64,000 nucleotides of DNA from an uncultured virus (IMG/VR IMGVR_UViG_3300024496_000014) (IMGVR_UViG_3300024496_000014), one strand, 5' to 3'. Positions 17,978 through 27,851 are shown, numbered from the stretch's first letter. The notes: generated by a model not told the origin, from the letters alone. Numbers and translations: made by a program.

Positions 17978-18205
17978 ATGAGCATACAACTACACGGACT
18001 GACCCGCCAGCAGTATCAGATCGCTGACATGATCTGGAGCTGTGAATCACAAGAGGATGTTCAACGCTTGATCAATAACCTGCCCGCAGAGTATAAGAAG
18101 GACGCTGTGGTCATACACGATCTAATGATAGCAGCAGTCATGGACCAACATATGGAGATCACTGAAGATGTTCGTGCGCTTATTCATAGTATTGCTAGCC
18201 GCTAG
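17978..18205 (+). CDS. Hypothetical protein
   Basis: ORF. Confidence 0.6.
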   Translation: MSIQLHGLTRQQYQIADMIWSCESQEDVQRLINNLPAEYKKDAVVIHDLMIAAVMDQHMEITEDVRALIHSIASR

Positions 18206-18374
18206 CTTAACAGCCTGCACAGCCTTTAGGGATCCACGTGATGCTGCGTGGGATCCTAGGCAGGATCAAGGTCGTTACCTTCACGAACAGATTCCAAATT
18301 GGCAGCATGAAGCCCTCAGAGTCTGTGGTGGTGGTGACCGAGTGAGGAGACCTGGTATGACCGATCGGTGTTGA
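18168..18374 (+). CDS. Putative lipoprotein
   Basis: Signal peptide with LTAC lipobox. Confidence 0.55.
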   Translation: MFVRLFIVLLAASLTACTAFRDPRDAAWDPRQDQGRYLHEQIPNWQHEALRVCGGGDRVRRPGMTDRC

Positions 18375-18536
18375 TGGTCGGTCGGTGGTCGGTGGTGAGG
18401 GGTAACATATGTTAGTAAGTACTAACAAGCTAGTAAGGGGTAGCAAATCACCACCCTGAAAAGAAAAGTACTGCCCTTAAAAATTTTGCGCGGCCAATTT
18501 TTTCCCCTGTAGACCCATTTTGCTGTAAATACACTC

Positions 18537-18701
18537 ATGAAAGATCAAATTGAACGTAACGGGCGACTCTATGAGTACTCAGCCACTGACGATTGTTGGT
18601 ATCCTGTGCCCACTGAAGACCAGTATGATTTTCAACGTTTTGTTATTTTTATCAGCACAATTCTAGTTATTTGTTATCTAGCCTATGCAACACTCACATA
18701 A
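18537..18701 (+). CDS. Small protein with C-terminal TM (not in ORF track)
   Basis: 54-aa ORF directly after TAAATA-N5. Confidence 0.5.
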   Translation: MKDQIERNGRLYEYSATDDCWYPVPTEDQYDFQRFVIFISTILVICYLAYATLT

Positions 18702-18845
18702 TTATATTGGCCCACATTGGCGTAGTAGTCTGCCATTTTACCCATGGACCATACTTGCTCGTAGGCCCGAATTTGTCGCTGATCCCTTGTTGAATCAAAA
18801 GAGCTCATGGGAGTTCAAGCCCGATCCTGTTATACATCCTAAACT

Positions 18846-19043
18846 ATGATAGAATACGCTGTACTCACACGGGATCCTGATTTTTTGAAGTTTGCGGAAT
18901 TTATACAAGCACACAATCTCAGCCACGAAATACATCTTAATCGTACTCGTGTACACCTAGTTGAAAACTCTAGTCTACACCTAGAGTTTTTATTGAGATT
19001 TCCCAGTGCTTTTCCCATAACCACTTTCACGGAGTCGCTATGA
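18846..19043 (+). CDS. Hypothetical protein
   Basis: ORF with HLNRTR motif. Confidence 0.5.
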   Translation: MIEYAVLTRDPDFLKFAEFIQAHNLSHEIHLNRTRVHLVENSSLHLEFLLRFPSAFPITTFTESL

Positions 19044-19594
19044 CTGAACCTAGAATAATACCTAATTTATTAGGCCCCAGCACATTTGAATATGCACAAT
19101 CACGTTTTACGGATCTAGGCATACACTGGTACTACATGCCCGTGACCAGCTGTGAAAAAGATCAAATGCAGTATGCAGGCAGCTTTAGTCATTTGATCTA
19201 TAAAAATGGAGAACCCATTAGTCCCTTATGGGATCTTAGTCTACAGATACTCTTAGCTGCCTGTGATCATCACGGTGAACGACTAGCAGAAATTGCTCGT
19301 GTTAGACTGGGCTTTTGTACTCGTACACCCTATGCTGTGGAGCATACACCGCATCAAGATTTTCAAGGACCGCATCGTACGGGCATATATTACCCTATTA
19401 CCGCTGACGGCCCTACTACTATCTACGCAGAGAAAACAGAACAACTTGATGGTGCGTATACTCTGTTGGCTAGTCAACAGCCTAGGGCTAACCTTTGGAT
19501 GGACTTTGACGGCGAACATTTTCACAGCAGCACTACTCCCGTAGATCACGAAAATCGCTTGGTTTTGACCCTAAACTACAGAATACAAGAATAA
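19040..19594 (+). CDS. 2OG-Fe(II) oxygenase-like protein
   Basis: PHQD, FDGEHFHSS..P....R.VL.LN. Confidence 0.7.
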   Translation: MTEPRIIPNLLGPSTFEYAQSRFTDLGIHWYYMPVTSCEKDQMQYAGSFSHLIYKNGEPISPLWDLSLQILLAACDHHGERLAEIARVRLGFCTRTPYAVEHTPHQDFQGPHRTGIYYPITADGPTTIYAEKTEQLDGAYTLLASQQPRANLWMDFDGEHFHSSTTPVDHENRLVLTLNYRIQE

Positions 19595-19611
19595 TGTCGT
19601 AAATACAAGAT

Positions 19612-19836
19612 ATGCTTCTAGTGTATCTTGAACCTTTTGTTCGTGAGCAAGAGGACCTACTACAATCCTGGCGGGATCTAGTACACTATTGGCCTCGTAG
19701 TTATGCGCACACAGATGCTTATAACTCTGCTATACCTACAGATTGGTGGCTCTTGTTTAGGGATGCTCGTTACTCTAGTATATGGTTGATCAAATACCCT
19801 GAACACTCAAGAATTATGCTGACCTTATTCGACTAA
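19612..19836 (+). CDS. Hypothetical protein
   Basis: TAAATA-N6-ATG. Confidence 0.5.
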   Translation: MLLVYLEPFVREQEDLLQSWRDLVHYWPRSYAHTDAYNSAIPTDWWLLFRDARYSSIWLIKYPEHSRIMLTLFD

Positions 19837-19919
19837 AAAATCTTGCGCTTGGCGCTTCGCGCTAAAAAATTGCGCTGCGGCTTCGCCGATCTTGATAAAT
19901 ATTCGAAACAGGAGCAATC

Positions 19920-20126
19920 ATGCCACAGGCCTATAAAATCATGGCACGTAACACTAGAACAGGTGTCAGAATACAAAAACAATTTCTAGATGGAGCCACC
20001 GTCACAAACTATGATATGGCTCTAGAACACGCTCAAGATCTAGCTCAGCGTCAAAGTTCACGCAGTCGCGAAACTTGGGTGGGCGAAGTAGAAATCTACA
20101 CCGTGGGCAACAAGCCCGGTCAGTGA
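19920..20126 (+). CDS. Hypothetical protein
   Basis: TAAATA promoter and AGGAG RBS. Confidence 0.6.
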   Translation: MPQAYKIMARNTRTGVRIQKQFLDGATVTNYDMALEHAQDLAQRQSSRSRETWVGEVEIYTVGNKPGQ

Positions 20127-20554
20127 TACATATAGTTCACTGAATCTTCATTTTCCCTAAATGTCTCGGCCCCGTTTTTATGATGAAAACGTCGGGCCAT
20201 TTCTGTCTTTGGACTTAGAGTAACAAAGGTCTTGACTTCGGGGCTGTTTTCTTTGATGTCTGCCTGTGCTTGTGTGATCAACTCACGACCTGCACCTGCG
20301 GCATAGCTCCAAATGGTATAGAACACAGCAGTGGTAGAGTTTACTGCTAGATTGGCTAGATCATCAACATTCTTAGGAATGTCTGCTAGAAACTTAACAC
20401 AGGTCACAGCCAAAGGACGGTTTTCTTCATCTTTGAGTACATAGACCTTGCCGTGTTCGTCAACTCGAAAGTCCGCAGGAATTTCTGGACGCACAGGATC
20501 GTCTTTGAGTAGGCTCAATAGTTCTTCGTTGATGGTGGTGATTTTTTCTAGCAT
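20120..20554 (-). CDS. GNAT-fold protein with malonyl-CoA decarboxylase-like motifs
   Basis: TAVFYTI..GAGRELI..KTFVTLSP..FH.KNGA. Confidence 0.55.
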   Translation of the reverse strand: MLEKITTINEELLSLLKDDPVRPEIPADFRVDEHGKVYVLKDEENRPLAVTCVKFLADIPKNVDDLANLAVNSTTAVFYTIWSYAAGAGRELITQAQADIKENSPEVKTFVTLSPKTEMARRFHHKNGAETFRENEDSVNYMYH

Positions 20555-20633
20555 GATGTTAATGATTATATAACATTACTTATCATCTTGTCAATAAAAC
20601 TAGCAGATAATGTTTTACCAGATAAGTATGCTT

Positions 20634-21503
20634 ATGACAGAACCGAGATTATTCATTACCGGCGATAGCTTTGCCATATTTCCCAAAGATCCTGATCCAG
20701 TGAAAAATTGGGGACTGCTCTTAGCTGACCTGTTGGGTCAGGAATTAGGACAGACCCTACAGGTGGTCAATAACAGCCTTATGGGCTGTGCTCAAGATTG
20801 GAATTGGCTGAGTCTTCAAAATTGGTACGAACATACAATCACAGAACATGACTATGTGGTCATAGCTCTAACTCATCCTAGCCGTCAGTGGTTCTTTGAA
20901 AACAGCCCTGAAATTGCCAATGCTAATCTAATTGATCTAGATCGTTGGGTCACTCGAGAGCAGGCCAAGACCGTAGAGCTGTTTATCAAATACATGCAAC
21001 GTCCTAGTTTAGATCTAATAGCAGTTCAAAATCGTTTGGCCTATTTGGCCTATATGACTAGACTTAAGGGTCTAAGGCCGCCTGTGATTATGAAATGTTT
21101 TACACAGGAATTTGGACAGGCCAATACGTGGCCAGATCTTAAGATTGCTCAGGGTGATCTAATGAACATACAACGTTATGAGTTTGAGGACATAGACATA
21201 GATATTCGTTCGGATTTTTGGAAAGGACTAGACAGCAGGTACAATCATCTGTGTAGATCCAATCACACCATCCTAGCTCAAAAGGTCTTTGACACCCTAA
21301 CCAAAGGCGCAGAGTTAGATCTTACCACAGGGTTTATTCAAGGTCTGCTTAAAAACAATACTCTTGATGACCTAGACTTTGTTCAACGAGAATTGGATTA
21401 TCCTACGTTTCTAAAAAATCGTGAAAAGCTCAAAAAGAGCCGTGGTCCAATACTGCCGTGGAAAACCAGAGTTAATATCCAAACCGGACAGGATGATGCT
21501 TGA
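20634..21503 (+). CDS. SGNH-hydrolase-like protein
   Basis: ITGDSF at N-terminus, distal NH; TAAGTA-N5-ATG. Confidence 0.5.
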   Translation: MTEPRLFITGDSFAIFPKDPDPVKNWGLLLADLLGQELGQTLQVVNNSLMGCAQDWNWLSLQNWYEHTITEHDYVVIALTHPSRQWFFENSPEIANANLIDLDRWVTREQAKTVELFIKYMQRPSLDLIAVQNRLAYLAYMTRLKGLRPPVIMKCFTQEFGQANTWPDLKIAQGDLMNIQRYEFEDIDIDIRSDFWKGLDSRYNHLCRSNHTILAQKVFDTLTKGAELDLTTGFIQGLLKNNTLDDLDFVQRELDYPTFLKNREKLKKSRGPILPWKTRVNIQTGQDDA

Positions 21504-21548
21504 CACCTGCTGTTAATCTTAGTATAATACATAGACAAGGAGACCACA

Positions 21549-22229
21549 ATGTTTGATTCAATTACAACTTATCGTTCAGCTGAAGCTATCAATAGTGCCA
21601 TGGCCAGTGTTTATAAACACATGGGTCTAGCAGTATTGACCAGTATGATCGTTTCATTGTTTGTAGGAACCAATCCTGCACTATTGGCCTTTTTCTTTAC
21701 AGGCTTTATAAAATGGATTGTTATATTTGCACCGCTGGTAGCTATTATTGCTCTTAGTATGAATATGGATTCTATGAGCAAGGGCACAGCACAACTAGCT
21801 CTACATGGCTTTGCCGCGCTAATGGGCTTGAGCTTTGCTACTATCTTTGCTGTCTACACTATGGGCAGTATTTTTTCAGCTTTTATGAGTGCCGCAGTAT
21901 TGTTTGGCGTTATGAGCTTTTATGGTTATTTTACCAAGAAGAGTTTAGATAGCCTAGGCCAGTTTATGTTCATAGGCCTAATTGCCATTATCATTGCTAG
22001 TCTAATCAATATCTTTATTGGCAGCACCTTAATGCAAATGGTTATTTCGGCTATTGCTGTTATTATCTTTCTAGGCCTTACTGCCTACGACACACAAAAG
22101 ATTCGAGAAATGGTCAGCTATGATACAGCGGAAGGCAATGCTGAAATTGTTGGCGCACTAACTCTGTATCTTGATTTTATTAATCTTTTCCTAAATCTTC
22201 TACAACTATTTGGCGGTAGAAAAGATTGA
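21549..22229 (+). CDS. Bax inhibitor-1/YccA family membrane protein
   Basis: About 7 TM segments; YDTQKI and ALTLYLDFINLF signature. Confidence 0.9.
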   Translation: MFDSITTYRSAEAINSAMASVYKHMGLAVLTSMIVSLFVGTNPALLAFFFTGFIKWIVIFAPLVAIIALSMNMDSMSKGTAQLALHGFAALMGLSFATIFAVYTMGSIFSAFMSAAVLFGVMSFYGYFTKKSLDSLGQFMFIGLIAIIIASLINIFIGSTLMQMVISAIAVIIFLGLTAYDTQKIREMVSYDTAEGNAEIVGALTLYLDFINLFLNLLQLFGGRKD

Positions 22230-22789
22230 ACGAATATGTTTTATTCCCTACAATAGTTAGGGAATACGATTTCAGCAAGGACCCAGATTTTCATGTCCTT
22301 GCTGATTTTGTTTCTAAACAAAAAACAGAACCACATAGACTAGTAGGCTGGGCAGAAAGCAGTTACGGTGTAGGCCGTAGTCTTTTTGATAATTTTATTC
22401 TCAAAGGCATACGACAAAAACTACAGGCCGCTGTTGATGCATATATCATTGAACTTGGTATAGCACCAGTTAAAATAACCAATAGTTGGTTTAATAAACT
22501 AGGTCAACATCAACGTGTAGAAACTCATAGACATGAATTAAGTGTTGTGTCAGGAGCATTCTATGTTCATGCAGATCCCGGTAGTGTGGGACTAAAATTA
22601 TTCAGTCCTTTGGCACAACTTCGTATGTACGAACAGATTGTAAATCACAATGCTGTTAATGCTAATTTTATTGAAATGGAATGTTGTACAGGTCAGCTAA
22701 TTTTATTTCCTAGCTGGATAGAACACGGAACCGATAATAATCAAACCGATAGTAGAATTACGGTTAGTTTTAATACAGAATATTGTTAG
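22226..22789 (+). CDS. Putative 2OG-Fe(II) oxygenase (TIGR02466-like)
   Basis: SWFN..HRH..VSGAFY..LILFPSWIEHG..RITVSFN. Confidence 0.78.
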   Translation: MNEYVLFPTIVREYDFSKDPDFHVLADFVSKQKTEPHRLVGWAESSYGVGRSLFDNFILKGIRQKLQAAVDAYIIELGIAPVKITNSWFNKLGQHQRVETHRHELSVVSGAFYVHADPGSVGLKLFSPLAQLRMYEQIVNHNAVNANFIEMECCTGQLILFPSWIEHGTDNNQTDSRITVSFNTEYC

Positions 22790-23480
22790 TCTGTTCTAGA
22801 CTAAGTTCTTGATCTTCTAATTCACGAATCTTTTCAGTAATCTCGTCAATAAGACCTAGGTTACGTAGAATCTTAAAAACTAGATTTTCCACAGACCATT
22901 CTCCGGCACGCTCAAGTCCGGCCTTTCTCATAGTAGTAATTTTTTCTTTTACTGCTCTAAGTTTTTCTAGATCCTTAGAAACCATCGCTTCTTCAATGGC
23001 TTTCATTATACCATCTTTCTTTGCTTCCACGGCAGCATCGTCTACTTCCGGCTTGACCTTCTTTGGTTCTACCAGCCATTGACCTTTAGCTATGCTATAC
23101 ACTCCTGTGCTGTGGTGCGGCTCATCTTCTCCTTGAACATAACATTCAACTGGAAGACCTTTGATAGTGATAGTGTGTTGTTCTGCCCAAAGTGCCTTTT
23201 TGGCGCTGTATAATTCTCGTTCGTCGTCCGTTGGAGAACCTTTGACAATGACATGAAGATCTAGGTCAGAATGTTTAGTCCAGGTATAATTTGCATTAGA
23301 TCCTGTTATGGTATAATCAACAATATCTAGATCCACTCCAACAAAATCTACAAAGGCTTTGGCAATGTCCATTAGTTTGGCTTCAACTTCTAGATCTAAT
23401 GAATCACCGTCCCATATTCTAGGATTTAATCTTTTATTGACCGTAACAACAGAAGATGCTGTAAACTCACGTAACTTCAT
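22770..23480 (-). CDS. Pol-beta-superfamily nucleotidyltransferase
   Basis: ITGSNANY..SDLDLHV and third acidic residue in VECYVQ. Confidence 0.8.
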   Translation of the reverse strand: MKLREFTASSVVTVNKRLNPRIWDGDSLDLEVEAKLMDIAKAFVDFVGVDLDIVDYTITGSNANYTWTKHSDLDLHVIVKGSPTDDERELYSAKKALWAEQHTITIKGLPVECYVQGEDEPHHSTGVYSIAKGQWLVEPKKVKPEVDDAAVEAKKDGIMKAIEEAMVSKDLEKLRAVKEKITTMRKAGLERAGEWSVENLVFKILRNLGLIDEITEKIRELEDQELSLEQTNNILY

Positions 23481-23879
23481 TTAAACTCCAAATCGATTAC
23501 GTTTTTTTGTTGCAACAGGACTGCTCTTATTGACGTCTTTGGTTTCATGACTACCTGTTGATGTAATTTGTTTTTTAGCACTAGAACTTAAACCAATTTG
23601 ATTTAATGCATCATCAATAATATCTTTGGTTGTGTTAGTATAACTAATAACAATAGCGTTTTCACCCCAAGGACTTTTTGCTTGAAACGTATCTCTTTTA
23701 ATAACGTCGTCTTTGGCTTTATTTGCTCGAGCATTTGCTAAAGCAACACCAAATCGGTATTGCTTATATGGGTCTTGATTAGGTAGAGCAGGAATAACAA
23801 ATGCGCTTGGAATCGCTTCCGCGACATCGTCTTCCATGCCATTCTCTCTAGACTCTTGAATAAATTCTTTAGCTCTCAT
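23481..23879 (-). CDS. Putative internal head protein
   Basis: N-terminus MRAKEFIQES. Confidence 0.55.
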   Translation of the reverse strand: MRAKEFIQESRENGMEDDVAEAIPSAFVIPALPNQDPYKQYRFGVALANARANKAKDDVIKRDTFQAKSPWGENAIVISYTNTTKDIIDDALNQIGLSSSAKKQITSTGSHETKDVNKSSPVATKKRNRFGV

Positions 23880-24505
23880 TAGCAGTTCCAACGTCTACGT
23901 GCTTTACAGATTGCCTTATCTGGAGTTTTCGAACAATCAATGTGATGCATTTTCTTTTGACCGGCTGATCTTGAGCAATAGCTCTTACGACGTTTGCTGG
24001 CCTTAGAACCTTTTTTAAGTTTACTTGGTTTGGTAGTTACAGCAGTTTTTAATTTGCTGCCTGGATGTTCTCTACGATAAGCATTAACAGCTTTTTTGCT
24101 CATGCCATCGGTTTTGTCTTTCTTGTTGACTTTTTGCCAATCTTCTAATACAGGTTGTGTAACTGCAAACACATATAATTCGTCATCAGTTAGAGATTCT
24201 AAATCTTCCCATACTAGATCAACATCAACTTGATTATGTTCTGCAATTCTAGAAATGATAGATTCGATTAAATCAAATTCTTGTTCTAGACTTTCATTTT
24301 TAGGTTTTTTGCCTTGCTTTTTCATATTGACAGCAATAGCTGCCTGTTGTGCCGGGCTACCTGCTTCATCGACACTTTCGTTAGGAACGCAATTATTAAC
24401 ACGAACACCACCTTTAATTTTGGTGCCCTCTTTGTGCTTGCCTTTCCAACATTTAGCGTCTAAACGTTGTTTTATAGCTTCTGTAATAAATTCTTGTGCT
24501 CGCAT
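23879..24505 (-). CDS. Putative internal head protein with basic C-terminal domain
   Basis: MRAQEFITE; CWKG...NCVP and PGSKLKTAVT...SYCSRS...RWNC motifs seen in T4-like phages. Confidence 0.6.
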   Translation of the reverse strand: MRAQEFITEAIKQRLDAKCWKGKHKEGTKIKGGVRVNNCVPNESVDEAGSPAQQAAIAVNMKKQGKKPKNESLEQEFDLIESIISRIAEHNQVDVDLVWEDLESLTDDELYVFAVTQPVLEDWQKVNKKDKTDGMSKKAVNAYRREHPGSKLKTAVTTKPSKLKKGSKASKRRKSYCSRSAGQKKMHHIDCSKTPDKAICKARRRWNC

Positions 24506-24526
24506 AGTGTAAATCCGATTAATACA

Positions 24527-24772
24527 CTATTTAGCCCATCTTAGGTGATACTCTACTTCTATTTTAGAATCGTAAAATTCTACTACAAGTGCAAGATTTT
24601 CAGCTATTTTTTCAACAACTAATTGACACTTTGTTTTGGGCTGAGCTAAAATCCATTCTAAATGATCTACACCAATCAGCTTTTGTATTTTAGGCCAATC
24701 TATATCAATGTTGCCAACAACTTCAATATCTGGGGACGACCACTCTGCTAGAGTAACTTTAGTATGTTTCAT
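24527..24772 (-). CDS. Hypothetical protein
   Basis: ORF. Confidence 0.5.
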   Translation of the reverse strand: MKHTKVTLAEWSSPDIEVVGNIDIDWPKIQKLIGVDHLEWILAQPKTKCQLVVEKIAENLALVVEFYDSKIEVEYHLRWAK

Positions 24773-26204
24773 CTTCAGAGCTCATCGAATTTAAAATCTC
24801 ACGCAATTTTGTAGATTCGACATTAGCTCTTACTTTACCCAAACTTGCACCTTGTGTAGGATCTGTAATAACTCCATCACTATCTACGTTCTTTGGTGCT
24901 TGTACGGTTGTTCTTGATTTGATAGATTCGATAATACTAGAACTTCCTCTACTTGCCCCTGCGTGTTCTTGTTCGTCTTCTGGTAGATCAGAAATCTTTA
25001 AACTTTCTAGATTAAATTCTAAATCTACCTTCATACCAACACCGCTAGAACTACGTGTTTTCATAAGTTGAATTTGATAGCGTCCACGTTCACGCATAGC
25101 ACGTGATGTAAAAATACCAAACACATTATCTGCGGTTTGAATTTTACTTAAACCACCTGAAATATGTGAATGATCAAATTCTACTTCTTCAACAGCGCCA
25201 CGATTCAACTGACTCGCAGTTACAAGTATACAATTCTTTTCTACTGCTAGATTACGCAATTCTTCCGATACATATTTGTCTTTAATAAACAAATCTGCTG
25301 GACTAATTTTCTTACTCATAGGCATTAATAAGTCTAGATAGTCAACTAACAATACATCAACTTTTCTGCCTGTTTTAATTTCAAATTCTTTTAGATATGC
25401 TCTCAGATCGTTTGCAGTTTTACCAGAAGGCATATATTTGATTTGCAATGCTCCAGATTTCTTTCCAATGATCTTAACTTTCATTTCAACATCGTCAAGA
25501 TCTTTAAAAATTTCTTTTGTTGGAATTCCAGTTGTCATTGCATCAATACGCATAGCAACTAAATCTTCCGAAAGTTCTAATGTTAGGTACACGACGTTAA
25601 GTCCTTGCAAACACCAATTAACACCTAAGTTTGCCAAGAACAAAGATTTACCTGCACCCGAACCACCGGCAAAAATATTCAACTCTCCGCGGTTCATTCC
25701 ACCAAACAATTTACGATCAAGACTTGGCCAACCTGTGCTAATTTGTCCGTTCTTATCTTTAATTTTTAATAAACGAGCTCTCGGGTCTGCAAAATAATCA
25801 GTGCCCATATCTTTAGTTAAAGATATTTGAACTGCTTCTTTAATCTTCGTTTCAACCTGACCGTAGTCTTTCTTTTCTAATAAATCTGCTGAGTCAATGA
25901 TTGCACGTTCAAGCGCCTTGTGCCTAGTAAAAGACTCGAATTCATCCATTAGCCATTCGTTGTGACCTTCTTTTATATCTTCAGGTTTTTTAAGATCTAT
26001 CCTGCAACTTGCATTAACCATTTCATAGTCAGGCAATACAGCATATTCTTTTGCATACACATTGATAAATTCTGCTGCATCTTGTAACTTTCGATCAAAC
26101 AATGTGTGATCAAAGATACCTTGACAACGAACAAATACTTCTGCATCTGCAAGCATCAACTCGAGATATAATTTTTGTACTTCGTAATCGTATGTTTTTA
26201 TCAT
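24759..26204 (-). CDS. Replicative DnaB-like helicase (T4 gp41-like)
   Basis: GGSGAGKS, TLELSE, VDYLDL, ASQLNR, KTR motifs. Confidence 0.92.
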   Translation of the reverse strand: MIKTYDYEVQKLYLELMLADAEVFVRCQGIFDHTLFDRKLQDAAEFINVYAKEYAVLPDYEMVNASCRIDLKKPEDIKEGHNEWLMDEFESFTRHKALERAIIDSADLLEKKDYGQVETKIKEAVQISLTKDMGTDYFADPRARLLKIKDKNGQISTGWPSLDRKLFGGMNRGELNIFAGGSGAGKSLFLANLGVNWCLQGLNVVYLTLELSEDLVAMRIDAMTTGIPTKEIFKDLDDVEMKVKIIGKKSGALQIKYMPSGKTANDLRAYLKEFEIKTGRKVDVLLVDYLDLLMPMSKKISPADLFIKDKYVSEELRNLAVEKNCILVTASQLNRGAVEEVEFDHSHISGGLSKIQTADNVFGIFTSRAMRERGRYQIQLMKTRSSSGVGMKVDLEFNLESLKISDLPEDEQEHAGASRGSSSIIESIKSRTTVQAPKNVDSDGVITDPTQGASLGKVRANVESTKLREILNSMSSEDETY

Positions 26205-26821
26205 CTTATAATTTTATAATCTACAACAATGCATCGTCTCGGTGTTGACTTTACCGGATATACACCATGTAAGACACTTCCTGTCATTAAAATACAACGC
26301 CCTTCTTTAGGCATTAATGTTTTATAAATCGTTTCCTCACCACCTGCTATTACAGCAAAAATAGAACCCCACGCTGATTCTTTTGGCGGATCTTGCGGTT
26401 TATAATGATATAAATTATCAAGATAAATGACCTGCGTAACACAATCGCTATCATGATTATGCATACTTTGCCATCCGTTTTCTTGATAGTCCATATACCA
26501 CGCAATAGTTGGCTGAATATTTAAATTCAACTCGTGATCAAATAATGTCTTTTTAGTCCATTCAAAAAGTTTTTCCTGAATGTTTTGCCAATTATTATGT
26601 GGTTTAAAATTGCCTGAAAATTGCCTATGATAAAATGTTTCTGATAATTTATTATCGCACCAAAGTGGATACTGCCTGGCATTGACTGCTACGGTTTCTT
26701 TGCTATATTCTTTTGTTTCATCTAAATCTGTTGTTAATACAAATAGTTCTTTGTAATTGGGATAAAATGAATCAACAAGCCATTGTGTTCCACTAACATA
26801 TTTCATAACTTTATTATACAC
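26201..26821 (-). CDS. Putative 2OG-Fe(II) oxygenase
   Basis: W..DY....QSMHNH..VIYL..LHGVYP....R. Confidence 0.6.
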   Translation of the reverse strand: MYNKVMKYVSGTQWLVDSFYPNYKELFVLTTDLDETKEYSKETVAVNARQYPLWCDNKLSETFYHRQFSGNFKPHNNWQNIQEKLFEWTKKTLFDHELNLNIQPTIAWYMDYQENGWQSMHNHDSDCVTQVIYLDNLYHYKPQDPPKESAWGSIFAVIAGGEETIYKTLMPKEGRCILMTGSVLHGVYPVKSTPRRCIVVDYKIIR

Positions 26822-27758
26822 GAACCTCTATGTGTTTTACAACCCCAAGGTTAGCATTCCAGACTCGTTGCTTGGTATGATATAATACAGCACCGATACT
26901 ACTACTAGGATCACCAGGTTGTGGCAGGCTCCAAATATAGTTAAACTTTGGCTCTACTACTGATTTATTTGTTTTACTATTCATCGCGCAACCGCCCATG
27001 TATACTAGACAATCAGTACCTGTTAGATCTTTGGCTTTTTTCATAACCATATCAACTTGTTCAGTAAACACTTCTTGAACAGCGGCAGCTATGTGATATT
27101 TGTTTTCTTCTGTAACTTCAAACGGCCAATCCCAAATACCTTTATGCATGTTTTTATATGCAGTTACTAAAGTTCCCATATATTCTTTTACAGCAAAATA
27201 ATATTTGTTAGGATCTCCCTTATCGGAATCTTGTTGTAATAAAAATTCATCTTGAACCGGTTTGTAACCAATAAGTTCTGTGAATGCAGAATAAAATAAT
27301 CCTAGGCTATTAGGATAATCTTTATGCCAAACTTTTTTAATTTCTCCGTGCTTACCTTCCCAGATACTAGCACATTCCCACTCACCTATAGCATCAAGGA
27401 CTACAATTGCACAATGATTAAAGGGACTGGTATAATATCCGGCAGCAGCATGGCTAGCATGATGTGGGGTATAATGAATCTTTGCATAGTCGGCTCTAAT
27501 TTGTCTAATATAATTTGATGGTAATGCAGAAAAATCAAACACTCTATTCCATTGACCTGCATAGGCCTGGCGTGTTTTCTTAACCCAGGGGCGTTCATAC
27601 CAAAAAATATTATCCGGAGTCCCTACATCAAGAGCCTTCCTGATAGTGCTACTTTCTAGTGTATCAGATTTATCGAATGTGTTCGAAACAAATTCGTTAT
27701 TTTTAAACACGGCTAGACTCGAGCCGTGATTGAGTGCGTTAATTCCCCAATTAATCAT
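26814..27758 (-). CDS. Carbamoyltransferase, N-terminal (NodU/CmcH) domain
   Basis: HHASHAA, VLDAIGE, SLGLFYS, GGCAMN, PGD..SSIGA. Confidence 0.85.
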   Translation of the reverse strand: MINWGINALNHGSSLAVFKNNEFVSNTFDKSDTLESSTIRKALDVGTPDNIFWYERPWVKKTRQAYAGQWNRVFDFSALPSNYIRQIRADYAKIHYTPHHASHAAAGYYTSPFNHCAIVVLDAIGEWECASIWEGKHGEIKKVWHKDYPNSLGLFYSAFTELIGYKPVQDEFLLQQDSDKGDPNKYYFAVKEYMGTLVTAYKNMHKGIWDWPFEVTEENKYHIAAAVQEVFTEQVDMVMKKAKDLTGTDCLVYMGGCAMNSKTNKSVVEPKFNYIWSLPQPGDPSSSIGAVLYHTKQRVWNANLGVVKHIEVRV

Positions 27759-27851
27759 TTGTAGATAAACGGATCACGTTTTCTCAGTTCAGCAAGACGT
27801 TTTTTCCATGCCTTGTGTTCTTGATATTTCCTCCAGGGAAATGTAATAAAA

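Noticed and set aside
22770..23480. CBASS/cGAS-like cyclase or toxin-antitoxin NTase
   Set aside because: No Cap effector or HEPN partner adjacent; only the generic pol-beta motif is visible
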